Assembly (NCBI GenBank): GCA_035531115.1
Contig: DATKTP010000150.1
Location: 1 to 47,972 of the forward strand
Direction: 5' to 3'
Length of the DNA: 47,972 nt
From: Candidatus Deferrimicrobium sp.
GTDB lineage: Archaea; Asgardarchaeota; Lokiarchaeia; Helarchaeales; HEL-GB-A
The notes below the pieces were generated by a model. That model was given only the letters and a program-made list of their open reading frames with translations, ran no database searches and was not told the DNA's origin. Positions 33,359 to 42,146 of the stretch are shown one piece after another (within the stretch, counting starts at the first letter, position 1; every line of letters begins with the position of its first letter). The translations under genes were made by a program, and so were the position numbers.

Positions 33359-34015
33359 CTATTCATCATTCAACTCTTTACGTTTTATTTCCCCTAACGG
33401 CTCAATTTCTTCAAAAATAATTGCCTGAAATGTATAAATCTTGGTATCTAACTTTTCCCAGCAATTGGTGGGAAGATATGCTTTATTGCAGGTATGTTCC
33501 AAATATTCTTTTACATCCCATTTCCATTCTACAGGAACTTGGGGTAACAGTAATCCTCTAAAGGTACCTCGTTGCGCAATTAATCCATCCTGTCCAATTT
33601 TTATTTTTGTAAGATATTCCTTTGGATTTTTGACTTCGAGCAATTTTGGAGGTGTTAGAATGCTGACTTCAAAGGTAATCTTATTTAATTCTTCCTTTGT
33701 TACAGGACCAGGACCAAATGGTGGGTGAAACCTAGAGTCCTCCGTTGCAGAGCTAATTGCAGACTCAATTATTGCTTCGATTAAAGGATTAATTGGGTAG
33801 GGAAATCCAATGCACCCTCGTAATTCTTTTTTAATATTCCCTTTTTCTTTGGATACAGTTTTTAAAGTGACAAAAACCCCGCTTTTTTCACGAAAGTCTT
33901 CAGGATACGTAGCTGGCGGGGTAATTTTTTGCTGAGATTTTATATACGTTTCCACAGCTTTGCGGGCTAAATTTACTGCAAATATTCCATCCTCATGTGA
34001 AATAATTTTCCTCAC
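33359..34015 (-). CDS. AMMECR1-domain protein
   Basis: It has GVFVTLK...LRGCIG followed by the AISSATEDSRF motif characteristic of AMMECR1. Confidence 0.8.
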   Translation of the reverse strand: MRKIISHEDGIFAVNLARKAVETYIKSQQKITPPATYPEDFREKSGVFVTLKTVSKEKGNIKKELRGCIGFPYPINPLIEAIIESAISSATEDSRFHPPFGPGPVTKEELNKITFEVSILTPPKLLEVKNPKEYLTKIKIGQDGLIAQRGTFRGLLLPQVPVEWKWDVKEYLEHTCNKAYLPTNCWEKLDTKIYTFQAIIFEEIEPLGEIKRKELNDE

Positions 34016-34057
34016 CTACTGTGTGGTTTTTTTAATATTAACTTATCAATTTTAATG

Positions 34058-34549
34058 TCATTCTCTTCTTTTTTCTTCAATCTTTTCAATAATTTGTTTA
34101 AATGCTTTAGTAATATTATCCCAATGCTGTCCTTGATAATAAATCTTTCCACAATTTCTATTTGGACATATCCAAAACTCATTAAATGCCAAATATGTCT
34201 TTTCAGGAACTTTTCCCTTAATTTTTTGCTTTGAAATAGGCATAATTATTGTATTACAATTTGAGCAACGGGAATCCGCTGCCGTTAAATCCAATTTTAA
34301 ATTTGCTTGCATTACTAAAGAAGCAATTCTGTCAATGTACGTTTTTTCATAGAGTAAAAAGGAAGGTATTTTTTGTTTCAAAGCATGCTGATGTAATTTC
34401 AGATCCCGCGTTAGAAGTATTCGTTTTTCTTCAGATGCAATTCGCAATAATTCAGAATCGGAATATGTGTTGCTATATAGCGTGTCATAACCAAATAACC
34501 GTAAGAATCGCGCAGTGCGTCCTAACATTGCATCACAAACAAAAGACAA
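34058..34549 (-). CDS. Mut7-C / DUF82 PIN-like RNase-domain protein with C-terminal zinc ribbon
   Basis: The N-terminus is FVCDAMLGRTARFLRLFGYDT, followed by ILLTRD. The C-terminal ligands are CSNCN ... CPNRNC. Confidence 0.7.
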   Translation of the reverse strand: MSFVCDAMLGRTARFLRLFGYDTLYSNTYSDSELLRIASEEKRILLTRDLKLHQHALKQKIPSFLLYEKTYIDRIASLVMQANLKLDLTAADSRCSNCNTIIMPISKQKIKGKVPEKTYLAFNEFWICPNRNCGKIYYQGQHWDNITKAFKQIIEKIEEKRRE

Positions 34550-34561
34550 ATAAATCCACCG

Positions 34562-35941
34562 TTATTTTAAAGGTCTCTGAAGAATTTTGCCAAGACCTTT
34601 TGGTACCATTATTTCCCCATCTTTCATAACAATTTTTCCATTTACTATGGTCATTGTAGGAATCCCTTTAACTTCTCGTCCATTAAAAGGTGAGAATTTT
34701 GCTTTTGAATGAAAATCTTCTGCTTTAATTACTTTAGATTTTTTTAAATCAATAACTGTTAAATCCGCATCAAATCCAACAGCTATTCTCCCTTTACTAG
34801 ATAAATTTAGAAATTTAGCTGGATTTTCAGAGATGATCTGAATTAATCGAGTTAAAGTAATTTTTTCTTCATGCATAGCTGTAAACATTAATGGTAATAC
34901 TGTTTCAAAACCTGGAATTCCATTTGCAGCCTGTGAAAAATTACAATCTTTCTCAGACTGCATATGAGGCGCATGATCGGTTGCTAATATATCGATTGTT
35001 CCATCATTCAGTCCCTGCCATAAGCCAGCTTGATGATGGGGTGCCCGTAAAGGCGGAAGCATTTTCGCAAGGGCACCATATTTCAGTAAATCATTTGTAT
35101 TTAAAAATAAATGATGAGGCGTTACTTCTGCAGTGATATTTTTTTCCTTTTCTTTCATTTCTCGAATAATATCCATCCCTGCAACAGTACTGACATGGCA
35201 AATATGAGTTTTTGATCCAATTTGTGCAGTTAGTTTTAAAATAAATTCAATTGCCTTTTTTTCAACCACTTCAGAATGACTTTGTAGATATATTTCCTGA
35301 GGCGATAATTGTACCCCACGTATTTGTGTCTGAATTTCTTCAATATCCTTTTTTCTCTCTGCATGAATTAAAATTGGACAATTACTTTGTTTGATTTTTT
35401 GAAAAAGTTTTCGAAGTAATTCCAAATCATCGATATCAAATTCGCTTAATGAATGTGAAAGATATAATTTAAATCCAAATACCCCATGATCTGCCAAAGA
35501 AGTTATTTCTTCTAATATATTTGGAATGCCTGCATAAAATCCAGTATTGATTACTATTTTTTTTCTTGCTATATTCATTTTTTGTTCCAATAAATCAGAA
35601 GATATTGTAGAAGGATTAGTATTTGGCATATCCACAACGGTGGTAATACCCCCATTTGCTGCGGCACATGTGCCCGAATAAAAATCTTCTTTGTCTCTAT
35701 AATTTAAATCTCTTAAGTGTGCATGAATGTCAATTGCTCCAGGAATTACCAATTGCCCTTCTATATTAATAGTGTGATCACCCGGAGGTAATTTAGAATC
35801 TTTCCCGATCCCGGTAATTTTCCCCTTATCAATAATAATACCTCCCTCAATAATTTGGTTATTAAAAAAGATTTTTGCGTTTTTAATTATGAGATCCACA
35901 GTGGTTGAATTTCTTGCTATCATTGGCCGGTTATCTTCCAA
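34562..35941 (-). CDS. dihydroorotase-like cyclic amidohydrolase (dihydroorotase / allantoinase / dihydropyrimidinase family)
   Basis: It has PGAIDIHAHLRD (HxH), FKLYLSH (carbamylated Lys context), ILIHAE, HICHVS and TDHAPH motifs. 459 aa. Confidence 0.7.
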   Translation of the reverse strand: MEDNRPMIARNSTTVDLIIKNAKIFFNNQIIEGGIIIDKGKITGIGKDSKLPPGDHTINIEGQLVIPGAIDIHAHLRDLNYRDKEDFYSGTCAAANGGITTVVDMPNTNPSTISSDLLEQKMNIARKKIVINTGFYAGIPNILEEITSLADHGVFGFKLYLSHSLSEFDIDDLELLRKLFQKIKQSNCPILIHAERKKDIEEIQTQIRGVQLSPQEIYLQSHSEVVEKKAIEFILKLTAQIGSKTHICHVSTVAGMDIIREMKEKEKNITAEVTPHHLFLNTNDLLKYGALAKMLPPLRAPHHQAGLWQGLNDGTIDILATDHAPHMQSEKDCNFSQAANGIPGFETVLPLMFTAMHEEKITLTRLIQIISENPAKFLNLSSKGRIAVGFDADLTVIDLKKSKVIKAEDFHSKAKFSPFNGREVKGIPTMTIVNGKIVMKDGEIMVPKGLGKILQRPLK

Positions 35942-35960
35942 TATCAGAGAACTTATTATT

Positions 35961-36776
35961 TTAATTATTTTTTGTTTTAAAACCTCGGGCTACAAAACGG
36001 GTTAAGTCACCTTTGGTCACTATTCCGATTATAGAATTATTCTCATCTACAATGGGTAGTGCCCTTACTCCTTGTTTTAACATTATCTCTGCAGATTCAG
36101 CTACTGTAGATTCGATTGTTAAAAATTTATCCAATTGTTTCATTGCATCTTGAACTAATAGGTATCGAATCCGTTCCTCTTGATGTCGGGCAGGTACCGT
36201 TTCTCGAAAATTCGCAAAACCTCTCGCTAGGCTTCCCTCTGAAATAACTCCTACTATTTTTCCTTCATCTATAACTAGTAAACTTCCAAATTTATTGTCA
36301 AACATTAGTTTTCTCGCGTGTATTAACCTATCTTCGGGTGAGATAAAGACTTTGACTTCAGACATTAAATCCTTCACTTTAATTGTAGTAAATTTAGTAC
36401 AAAGATTGATAATTTCATTCTGAGATATAAAACCTATTGGGTCCTTCCCCTTAACGACGGGTAGACCGCTCACTTTATGTCGATCCATTAGTTCTGCGGC
36501 TTCCTCAATAGGTGCATCTGCAGATATAACTTTCGGATTATATGTCATTACTCCTGACACATGAATCCTTGAAGGACTAAGTTGTTTTGAATGGCTGGAT
36601 CCTAATCTATCCGCAATATCTCGCTCGGTAATCATCCCGACTAACTTTAAATTATTAACACATAAAAGCATAGATAAATTATATTTATCCATTTCAGTAA
36701 GTGCATCTGTTACGGATTGATTCTTATCTATAGTTAATTTTCTTATCTCAGTTTGCAGTAGTTCTACAACTTTCAA
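35961..36776 (-). CDS. CBS-domain protein (four CBS repeats)
   Basis: The repeated pattern LPVV...G.IS..DI (GLPVVKGKDPIGFISQNEI, ALPIVDENNSIIGIVTKGDL) occurs four times. Confidence 0.8.
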   Translation of the reverse strand: MKVVELLQTEIRKLTIDKNQSVTDALTEMDKYNLSMLLCVNNLKLVGMITERDIADRLGSSHSKQLSPSRIHVSGVMTYNPKVISADAPIEEAAELMDRHKVSGLPVVKGKDPIGFISQNEIINLCTKFTTIKVKDLMSEVKVFISPEDRLIHARKLMFDNKFGSLLVIDEGKIVGVISEGSLARGFANFRETVPARHQEERIRYLLVQDAMKQLDKFLTIESTVAESAEIMLKQGVRALPIVDENNSIIGIVTKGDLTRFVARGFKTKNN

Positions 36777-36795
36777 TTAACTCTCACCTTCTGAC

Positions 36796-37377
36796 TTAAA
36801 ACTCAGATCTCTTTCTTGCGGCTTTACATTGCTCACAAATATATTCATCATCAGATTCTATAAGTATGTCACTCCAATTCCTACATAGCTGACAGTAACC
36901 TGCTGTAAATTCTGTTTGATAACTTTCTTCTACAAAATTTGCTTTTTCCTGTAATATTTCAATCATATATGGTGCTATTGCGAGGATGTCACTTTGTGAA
37001 ATTATTCCTGTCATTTTTTGATTTTCCATGACAATCAACCGTTTAATTCTTTGAGTTGCTATTTGGTGCATTGCATCAGTGAGGCGTAAATTTGGTGAAA
37101 CAGATTTAACTGGTTTTGACATTATTTCCTGACATTGAATATTATTGGGTAATTTATTCTCTGCAACTACCCGATTGTTCATATCCCGCTCTGTTATTAT
37201 CCCGATTGGTTTCTGATTGTCTTTCGGATCAACAATTATTACAGAGCCAATTTCCTCGTCTCGCATCAATCTTGCTGCCTCTTGTACGGTTGCTGTTGCT
37301 GCTAGAATTTGTACTTCATTATTCATAACGTCTCGAACGGTTAATTTTTGGTTGACATTCATAAGATTCACCCGCAA
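36796..37377 (-). CDS. CBS-pair protein with C-terminal zinc ribbon
   Basis: There are two CBS repeats (GSVIIVDPKDNQKPIGIITERDM; RLIVMENQKMTGIISQSDI), followed by CQLC-x17-CEQC. Confidence 0.8.
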   Translation of the reverse strand: MRVNLMNVNQKLTVRDVMNNEVQILAATATVQEAARLMRDEEIGSVIIVDPKDNQKPIGIITERDMNNRVVAENKLPNNIQCQEIMSKPVKSVSPNLRLTDAMHQIATQRIKRLIVMENQKMTGIISQSDILAIAPYMIEILQEKANFVEESYQTEFTAGYCQLCRNWSDILIESDDEYICEQCKAARKRSEF

Positions 37378-37482
37378 GAATTGACTTTCATCCAGCTTAA
37401 TAAATACACTCTTTTTTTTAATGATTTCGGTAATTTTATTTTAAAGATAAATTTTCTAATATTATGATTATAATTAATGAAA

Positions 37483-39495
37483 TTAGTCCTTAATTTCCCC
37501 CCTACCCCCGGGAAGAGCCCGTTGTATTTCGTCAAGAGGGATATTTCGAATCATTTCTTTATAAGATTCATTGCTACTTCCCTTTAATAATTGTGCTTTA
37601 ATGAGCTTGGCAAGTTCAGAACCTGATTTGTCTCCAAATGTGATTTCGATGGAGATTTGTGTATGTTTTTTTATTGCTTCGGGAGGTCCTGACATCACTA
37701 TTGCAAATTTTTCCTCAAATTTCACGCCTAACCTCAATTTGAGAGGTACATTTTTAAATGGATTTTTTGTTCCTCGAATAATAAAAGATCCTTTTTGCAG
37801 ATATTCACCAGATGGGGGAGTTTGAGACACTTGGTTTGCAAGAACATAATAAACATCTGCCTGACCATATTGAGACTTCCAAGCGCTAGAAAACGTAATC
37901 TCAAACTGGGCAGCCTCCCGTTGAGTTTGTTCTGGTACTTGTTTTCCCTCTGTCTTAACTACAACCACAGGCGCCCCATGAAATACTGCATGGAAAAAAA
38001 TATCTTCCTCCGCCATATATCTTTTTACAATCAGCTCATTCGTCTTTAAATCGCGCCCCCCTATCACAAGAAATCCATCTGATGAAATAAACCAATGAAA
38101 TTTTTCATACCAATGCTTCTTTCTCATTTCACGCAGTTTTGTCTCTTTTTTAGCAATAATCTCGGCTTCAAGTTCTATTTGATCCTTTTGTTTTAACATC
38201 CGTTGATATGCAGCTTTAGCGCCCTCTAATTTCGCTGCTGATTTCTTTGCTTTCGTATAAAAATTGTTTGCATTATCTGCAACGGATTTCCGAAAATCAA
38301 CAGGAAATTCTTCTCCTTCTATGTTTAAAAGAAGTATCGCATTTGTATAATCAATTTTTTTAACTAGATGTGCCGGTACAACATTTTTTTTCTTAGCTTC
38401 CCGGATGATTGTTTCAATTTCCTTCCATGATTTACCATTACTGCGTGCTTTTTTAATAGAAATTAGTAATTCTTCGATGCTCTGAAAGTTTTGATATAAA
38501 ATATCGCCCAATCGTCTGAAACGAACTGAACCTTGTTCTAATTGCTGAATCGCTACTTCTTGTTTCTTAAGAATTTTATCTGTTTTAGTTAAATCTGTTT
38601 TTTTATCTTTGAGCTCAATGGTTTTTATTTTAATTTCTTCATTCGCACTGAAAAATTCGTCTGCCGCTGTATTAAAATTATCAAAATTTTGTCTTTTTGC
38701 ATCTGAAAATTGAATAAGTTCGATCGGGGCTAAGATTTTATTTGCATCAATCTCATAAATACCTGGATTAAATTTATTAATATTAAAGGATGAAATAAAA
38801 TCCCTCATGATCTCAAAGATACCTTCTAAATTTTCGTCAGATAGAGATGTACATTGCATTTCCTTTTCGAGATGTACTCTAAAACATATTTCTTCTGCAT
38901 AAATTGGACTAATATTCAAATTCATTATAAGAGTCCTTATGAGATTTTGATCGGTGGACTGAAAAATCGCTTTCAAATCATTTAAGGTTAATTTATTAAT
39001 ATCCACTCCTCTTGAAGGCGCAAAGTTAAATTCCCGATTTGGAATGATGCGCCTATCACGCATTGTTCTATAACTCAATGCGATTATTACTTTTCCATTA
39101 GAATCTAAAAGAACTAGATTTCCCCTTTCAAAAAATTCTACGATCAATTTATTGTTACATTTCTGTATCTCGTCTTCTGTGCTAAGCCGTCCTACTTCGA
39201 TAATTATTACACGGTCAAATTCATGCTGCTCTATTCCCAAAACCCGCTGATTTCTTAGATATTTCCGTAAGGTCATGCAAAACTTGGAAGGTATCTTAGG
39301 TTTCTGACGCTCATATTTAGTTAAATGGACTCGTTTCGCGGGTTCAATTAATAATTCTACATTTCCTTCTTTTGTCCGGAATTTTATCGTAAAAAGTGAA
39401 TCTATTTGATATACATTGCTGATCCATTGCTTAGTAACTAACGATTTAAGCTCAGATACGATTGCTGCAATATCGAAAGACGACATTTCTGTCAA
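37483..39495 (-). CDS. NFACT-family protein (FbpA / Rqc2 / NEMF homolog), ribosome quality control
   Basis: 670 aa. It has an NFACT-N-like N-terminus, a central coiled coil and a DUF814/NFACT-R block (FHWFISSDGFLVIGGRDLKTNELIVKRY...FFHAVFHGAPVVVVK). Confidence 0.85.
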   Translation of the reverse strand: MTEMSSFDIAAIVSELKSLVTKQWISNVYQIDSLFTIKFRTKEGNVELLIEPAKRVHLTKYERQKPKIPSKFCMTLRKYLRNQRVLGIEQHEFDRVIIIEVGRLSTEDEIQKCNNKLIVEFFERGNLVLLDSNGKVIIALSYRTMRDRRIIPNREFNFAPSRGVDINKLTLNDLKAIFQSTDQNLIRTLIMNLNISPIYAEEICFRVHLEKEMQCTSLSDENLEGIFEIMRDFISSFNINKFNPGIYEIDANKILAPIELIQFSDAKRQNFDNFNTAADEFFSANEEIKIKTIELKDKKTDLTKTDKILKKQEVAIQQLEQGSVRFRRLGDILYQNFQSIEELLISIKKARSNGKSWKEIETIIREAKKKNVVPAHLVKKIDYTNAILLLNIEGEEFPVDFRKSVADNANNFYTKAKKSAAKLEGAKAAYQRMLKQKDQIELEAEIIAKKETKLREMRKKHWYEKFHWFISSDGFLVIGGRDLKTNELIVKRYMAEEDIFFHAVFHGAPVVVVKTEGKQVPEQTQREAAQFEITFSSAWKSQYGQADVYYVLANQVSQTPPSGEYLQKGSFIIRGTKNPFKNVPLKLRLGVKFEEKFAIVMSGPPEAIKKHTQISIEITFGDKSGSELAKLIKAQLLKGSSNESYKEMIRNIPLDEIQRALPGGRGEIKD

Positions 39496-39739
39496 TTTTA
39501 GACCTCACTTTTGAGTTCATTCAAAACATTAAAAAGTCAAGAAACCTCTCTCAATTCAAAAACCATCTTTCCTTAAAAATCTAATAAGAAATTAACCAAA
39601 AGATAAAATTAAATAGTTATTATTAAATTACAAAATGCCAAAACATAAGCATATTAATTCAAAAAGTGAAAATAAATTTATTCCATTTAGAGGTTATTTT
39701 GTCAGTATGAATTGATTTAGATTTGGAGTTTGACTAACT

Positions 39740-40609
39740 GTGGAATTTAAGGATAAAATTTATTATTCAAAGATTTTATTAGCAGGAATCTCAAGTATTG
39801 TTTGTAATCTTTTAACTATACTCGGTTTTTTATTCCATTTTGGTCATGCTCAGGCATTTGGTGTTGCCTTTGGATGGGGGATTTTGGTTATTTATTGTTT
39901 ACTCCTTAATTGGCTCCTTAGTAAAAGGCCAGATAGCGAGAAAATCTTTTTAGATATAGGTGGTAAGAGAAAAATTGTTATGGAAGGTCTTGGAGGATAC
40001 GTCACTTTTTGGGTCAGCACGTGGGCACTCTCCTATTCCTTTTTACATTATGTACTTTGGCCTGAATTATACACACCTGAAATATTAGGACCGCCCTTCT
40101 TTGCAAATGCCCCCTATTTCATTACCACTCTTCTAATTCTTGGAATCTCGTTTGCGTTGTCCTCAACAAGCAGTCTTTTATCCTTAAAAATTATGGATGT
40201 GAAACGCTTAAAACGATATTCAAAGGAGATTAAGAAATTTAAAGACCTTGAAAAACATGTTAAAGAAACAGGCGATAAAAAGGCTGCAATAAAATTAAAA
40301 CGGAAACAGAAGTACATCGAAAAGATAACAAGAACTACGATGTGGCAACGGATGAAACCTATGCTATTTTACATGGTGCCCTTTATGATTCTATTTTTTA
40401 TATTGAGTAGTACTTTCAAAAATACCACCTGTGCTATGTTCCCCTTTAATATCTCAGTAGTTCCACTTCTGAATATGTTCATTCGATCTCCTGGGGGTGT
40501 ATATTTACCTATGGGCTATCCCTTAGGTTATGTCAGTTGGTATATCGTCTCCTCTTTTGGATTTACAACAGTTATTCAAAAAGTGCTTGGGCTTCGCTTT
40601 GAGCAATGA
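39740..40609 (+). CDS. DUF106 / EMC3-TMCO1-Get1-like (Oxa1 superfamily) membrane protein with three extra N-terminal TM segments
   Basis: The core runs TM, then a basic coiled coil (KRLKRYSKEIKKFKDLEKHVKETGDKKAAIKLKRKQKYIEKITRTTMWQRMKPMLFYMVPFMILFF), then two further TMs. This is the DUF106 layout. About 120 additional hydrophobic N-terminal residues precede it. It uses a GTG start. Confidence 0.55.
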   Translation: MEFKDKIYYSKILLAGISSIVCNLLTILGFLFHFGHAQAFGVAFGWGILVIYCLLLNWLLSKRPDSEKIFLDIGGKRKIVMEGLGGYVTFWVSTWALSYSFLHYVLWPELYTPEILGPPFFANAPYFITTLLILGISFALSSTSSLLSLKIMDVKRLKRYSKEIKKFKDLEKHVKETGDKKAAIKLKRKQKYIEKITRTTMWQRMKPMLFYMVPFMILFFILSSTFKNTTCAMFPFNISVVPLLNMFIRSPGGVYLPMGYPLGYVSWYIVSSFGFTTVIQKVLGLRFEQ

Positions 40610-40814
40610 TGAAAAAAGATATTAAAGAGATCGTAAAAAAGGCAAAGTGAAATTGCGAAATTTTAAAAAGTGTAATATCAAATAAACATATAAAAAAATG
40701 ATGTATGTGGGTAAAATAACGCAATTCTAATTTATAATCTAAAAAAATGACATTTGTGTGGGATGAGACAGTAATTTTCTCTGAGGAAGATGCCGATCAT
40801 AGCGTGGTAGATAA

Positions 40815-41300
40815 GTGATGGAACAAATTGATGAACTTGATCAAAAGATAATTAATATGTTAAAAGAAGATTCCCGGATTGCATATACCAAAATTGCAGA
40901 AAAACTTCAAGTTCCTGATACTACTATTCACTTTCGAATCAAAAAGCTGAGGAATTCCAATATCATTAAAAATTTTACAATCCTGATATCCCCCGAAAGT
41001 TTCGGATATAATTTAGGCGCCTTATTGAAAATAAAAGTCGGAGATCACATAATTAAAGATATAAGCATAAAAAAGACGCTTGAAATCGGAAAATCTTTCG
41101 CAGGACAAAAAAATTTTTGTTTTGTTGGGACCGTTGAAGATGGAACAATCTTGTATTGCATAATATTTACGAAGAGCGAAGAAGAGCTGGACAAATTTGT
41201 ATCCGATATACGTCATGATCCGGATATAATAGATCTTGAAATAGTTAAATTTACAAATGTCATAAAAGGAAATGAATTACTCGGTAGTAATTTACTTTAA
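40815..41300 (+). CDS. Lrp/AsnC-family transcriptional regulator
   Basis: LDQKIINMLKEDSRIAYTKIAEKLQVPDTTIHFRIKKLRNSNII is the HTH_AsnC region, followed by a RAM-like C-terminal domain. The likely ATG is at 40818. Confidence 0.85.
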   Translation: MMEQIDELDQKIINMLKEDSRIAYTKIAEKLQVPDTTIHFRIKKLRNSNIIKNFTILISPESFGYNLGALLKIKVGDHIIKDISIKKTLEIGKSFAGQKNFCFVGTVEDGTILYCIIFTKSEEELDKFVSDIRHDPDIIDLEIVKFTNVIKGNELLGSNLL

Positions 41301-41314
41301 TTTGAGGTGGATTT

Positions 41315-42043
41315 ATGAGTGATCGTGTGAAAAGTGGAATTTTAGGGCTTGATGAAATTTTAAATGGAGGCTTCATTAGAGGTAGTAATGTTCTTCTGGC
41401 AGGATCAGCTGGAACAGGTAAAACTATTTTTTGCCAAGAATTTCTCTGTAAAGGCGCTACAGAATTTGACGAACCAGGTATTTTTGTTACCTTAGAAGAA
41501 ATGCCCGTTGAGTTAAGACGTGAAGCTCTCCTTTTCGGATGGGACTTTAAAAAGTTAGAGGATGAAAAAAAATTTGCAATAGTGGATGCTGCATCAAGTA
41601 AGGCCGGACTTCCAACGGGAGAACGCTTCGCATTACGACGTGGATTTGATGTTAATATTCTAGCACAAGAAATCTATCGAACTGCAAAAGAAATCGATGC
41701 TAAAAGAATTGTAATTGATTCAATTGCAGGACTTGGCATCCAATTTGAAGGGACTGCAAATATTAGAACCGCAATTTTCCGTCTATCAGCACTTTTACGT
41801 GAAATTAAATGTACATCTCTTATGACTTCTGAAGTTGCGGTTGGCGAAGTTTTTACGCGATATGGTGTTGAAGAATTTATTGCACAAGGTGTTGTTCTTT
41901 TATTTCTAGAAGAGATTTCAGGCGAACTTCGACGATCCTTAATAGTACGAAAAATGAGAGGTACAGCACATTCTCTTCGCCGCTATCCTTTTGAAATTTC
42001 ACCCGATAAAGGCTTTGTGGTCATGCCAGGCGGCGAAATTTAA
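41315..42043 (+). CDS. KaiC/RecA-superfamily single-domain ATPase
   Basis: It has VKSGILGLDEILNGGFIRGSNVLLAGSAGTGKT (Walker A), RIVIDSI (Walker B) and the tail VRKMRGTAHSLRRYPFEI typical of archaeal KaiC-like proteins. Confidence 0.8.
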   Translation: MSDRVKSGILGLDEILNGGFIRGSNVLLAGSAGTGKTIFCQEFLCKGATEFDEPGIFVTLEEMPVELRREALLFGWDFKKLEDEKKFAIVDAASSKAGLPTGERFALRRGFDVNILAQEIYRTAKEIDAKRIVIDSIAGLGIQFEGTANIRTAIFRLSALLREIKCTSLMTSEVAVGEVFTRYGVEEFIAQGVVLLFLEEISGELRRSLIVRKMRGTAHSLRRYPFEISPDKGFVVMPGGEI

Positions 42044-42146
42044 TTCCTCTCCTTTTTTTAGAATTAAGGACGAGTCTGCCTAATTAAAATTAGATACAAA
42101 TTGAAAAATTTTATTTTCAGCTATAAAATATTAGCTGGAAAGCAAA

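Noticed and set aside
40747-40818. A 23-codon upstream ORF (MTFVWDETVIFSEEDADHSVVDK) whose TGA overlaps the ATG of the Lrp/AsnC gene
   Set aside because: It could be a leader peptide, but it is very short and has no recognisable attenuator structure. It is equally consistent with chance.
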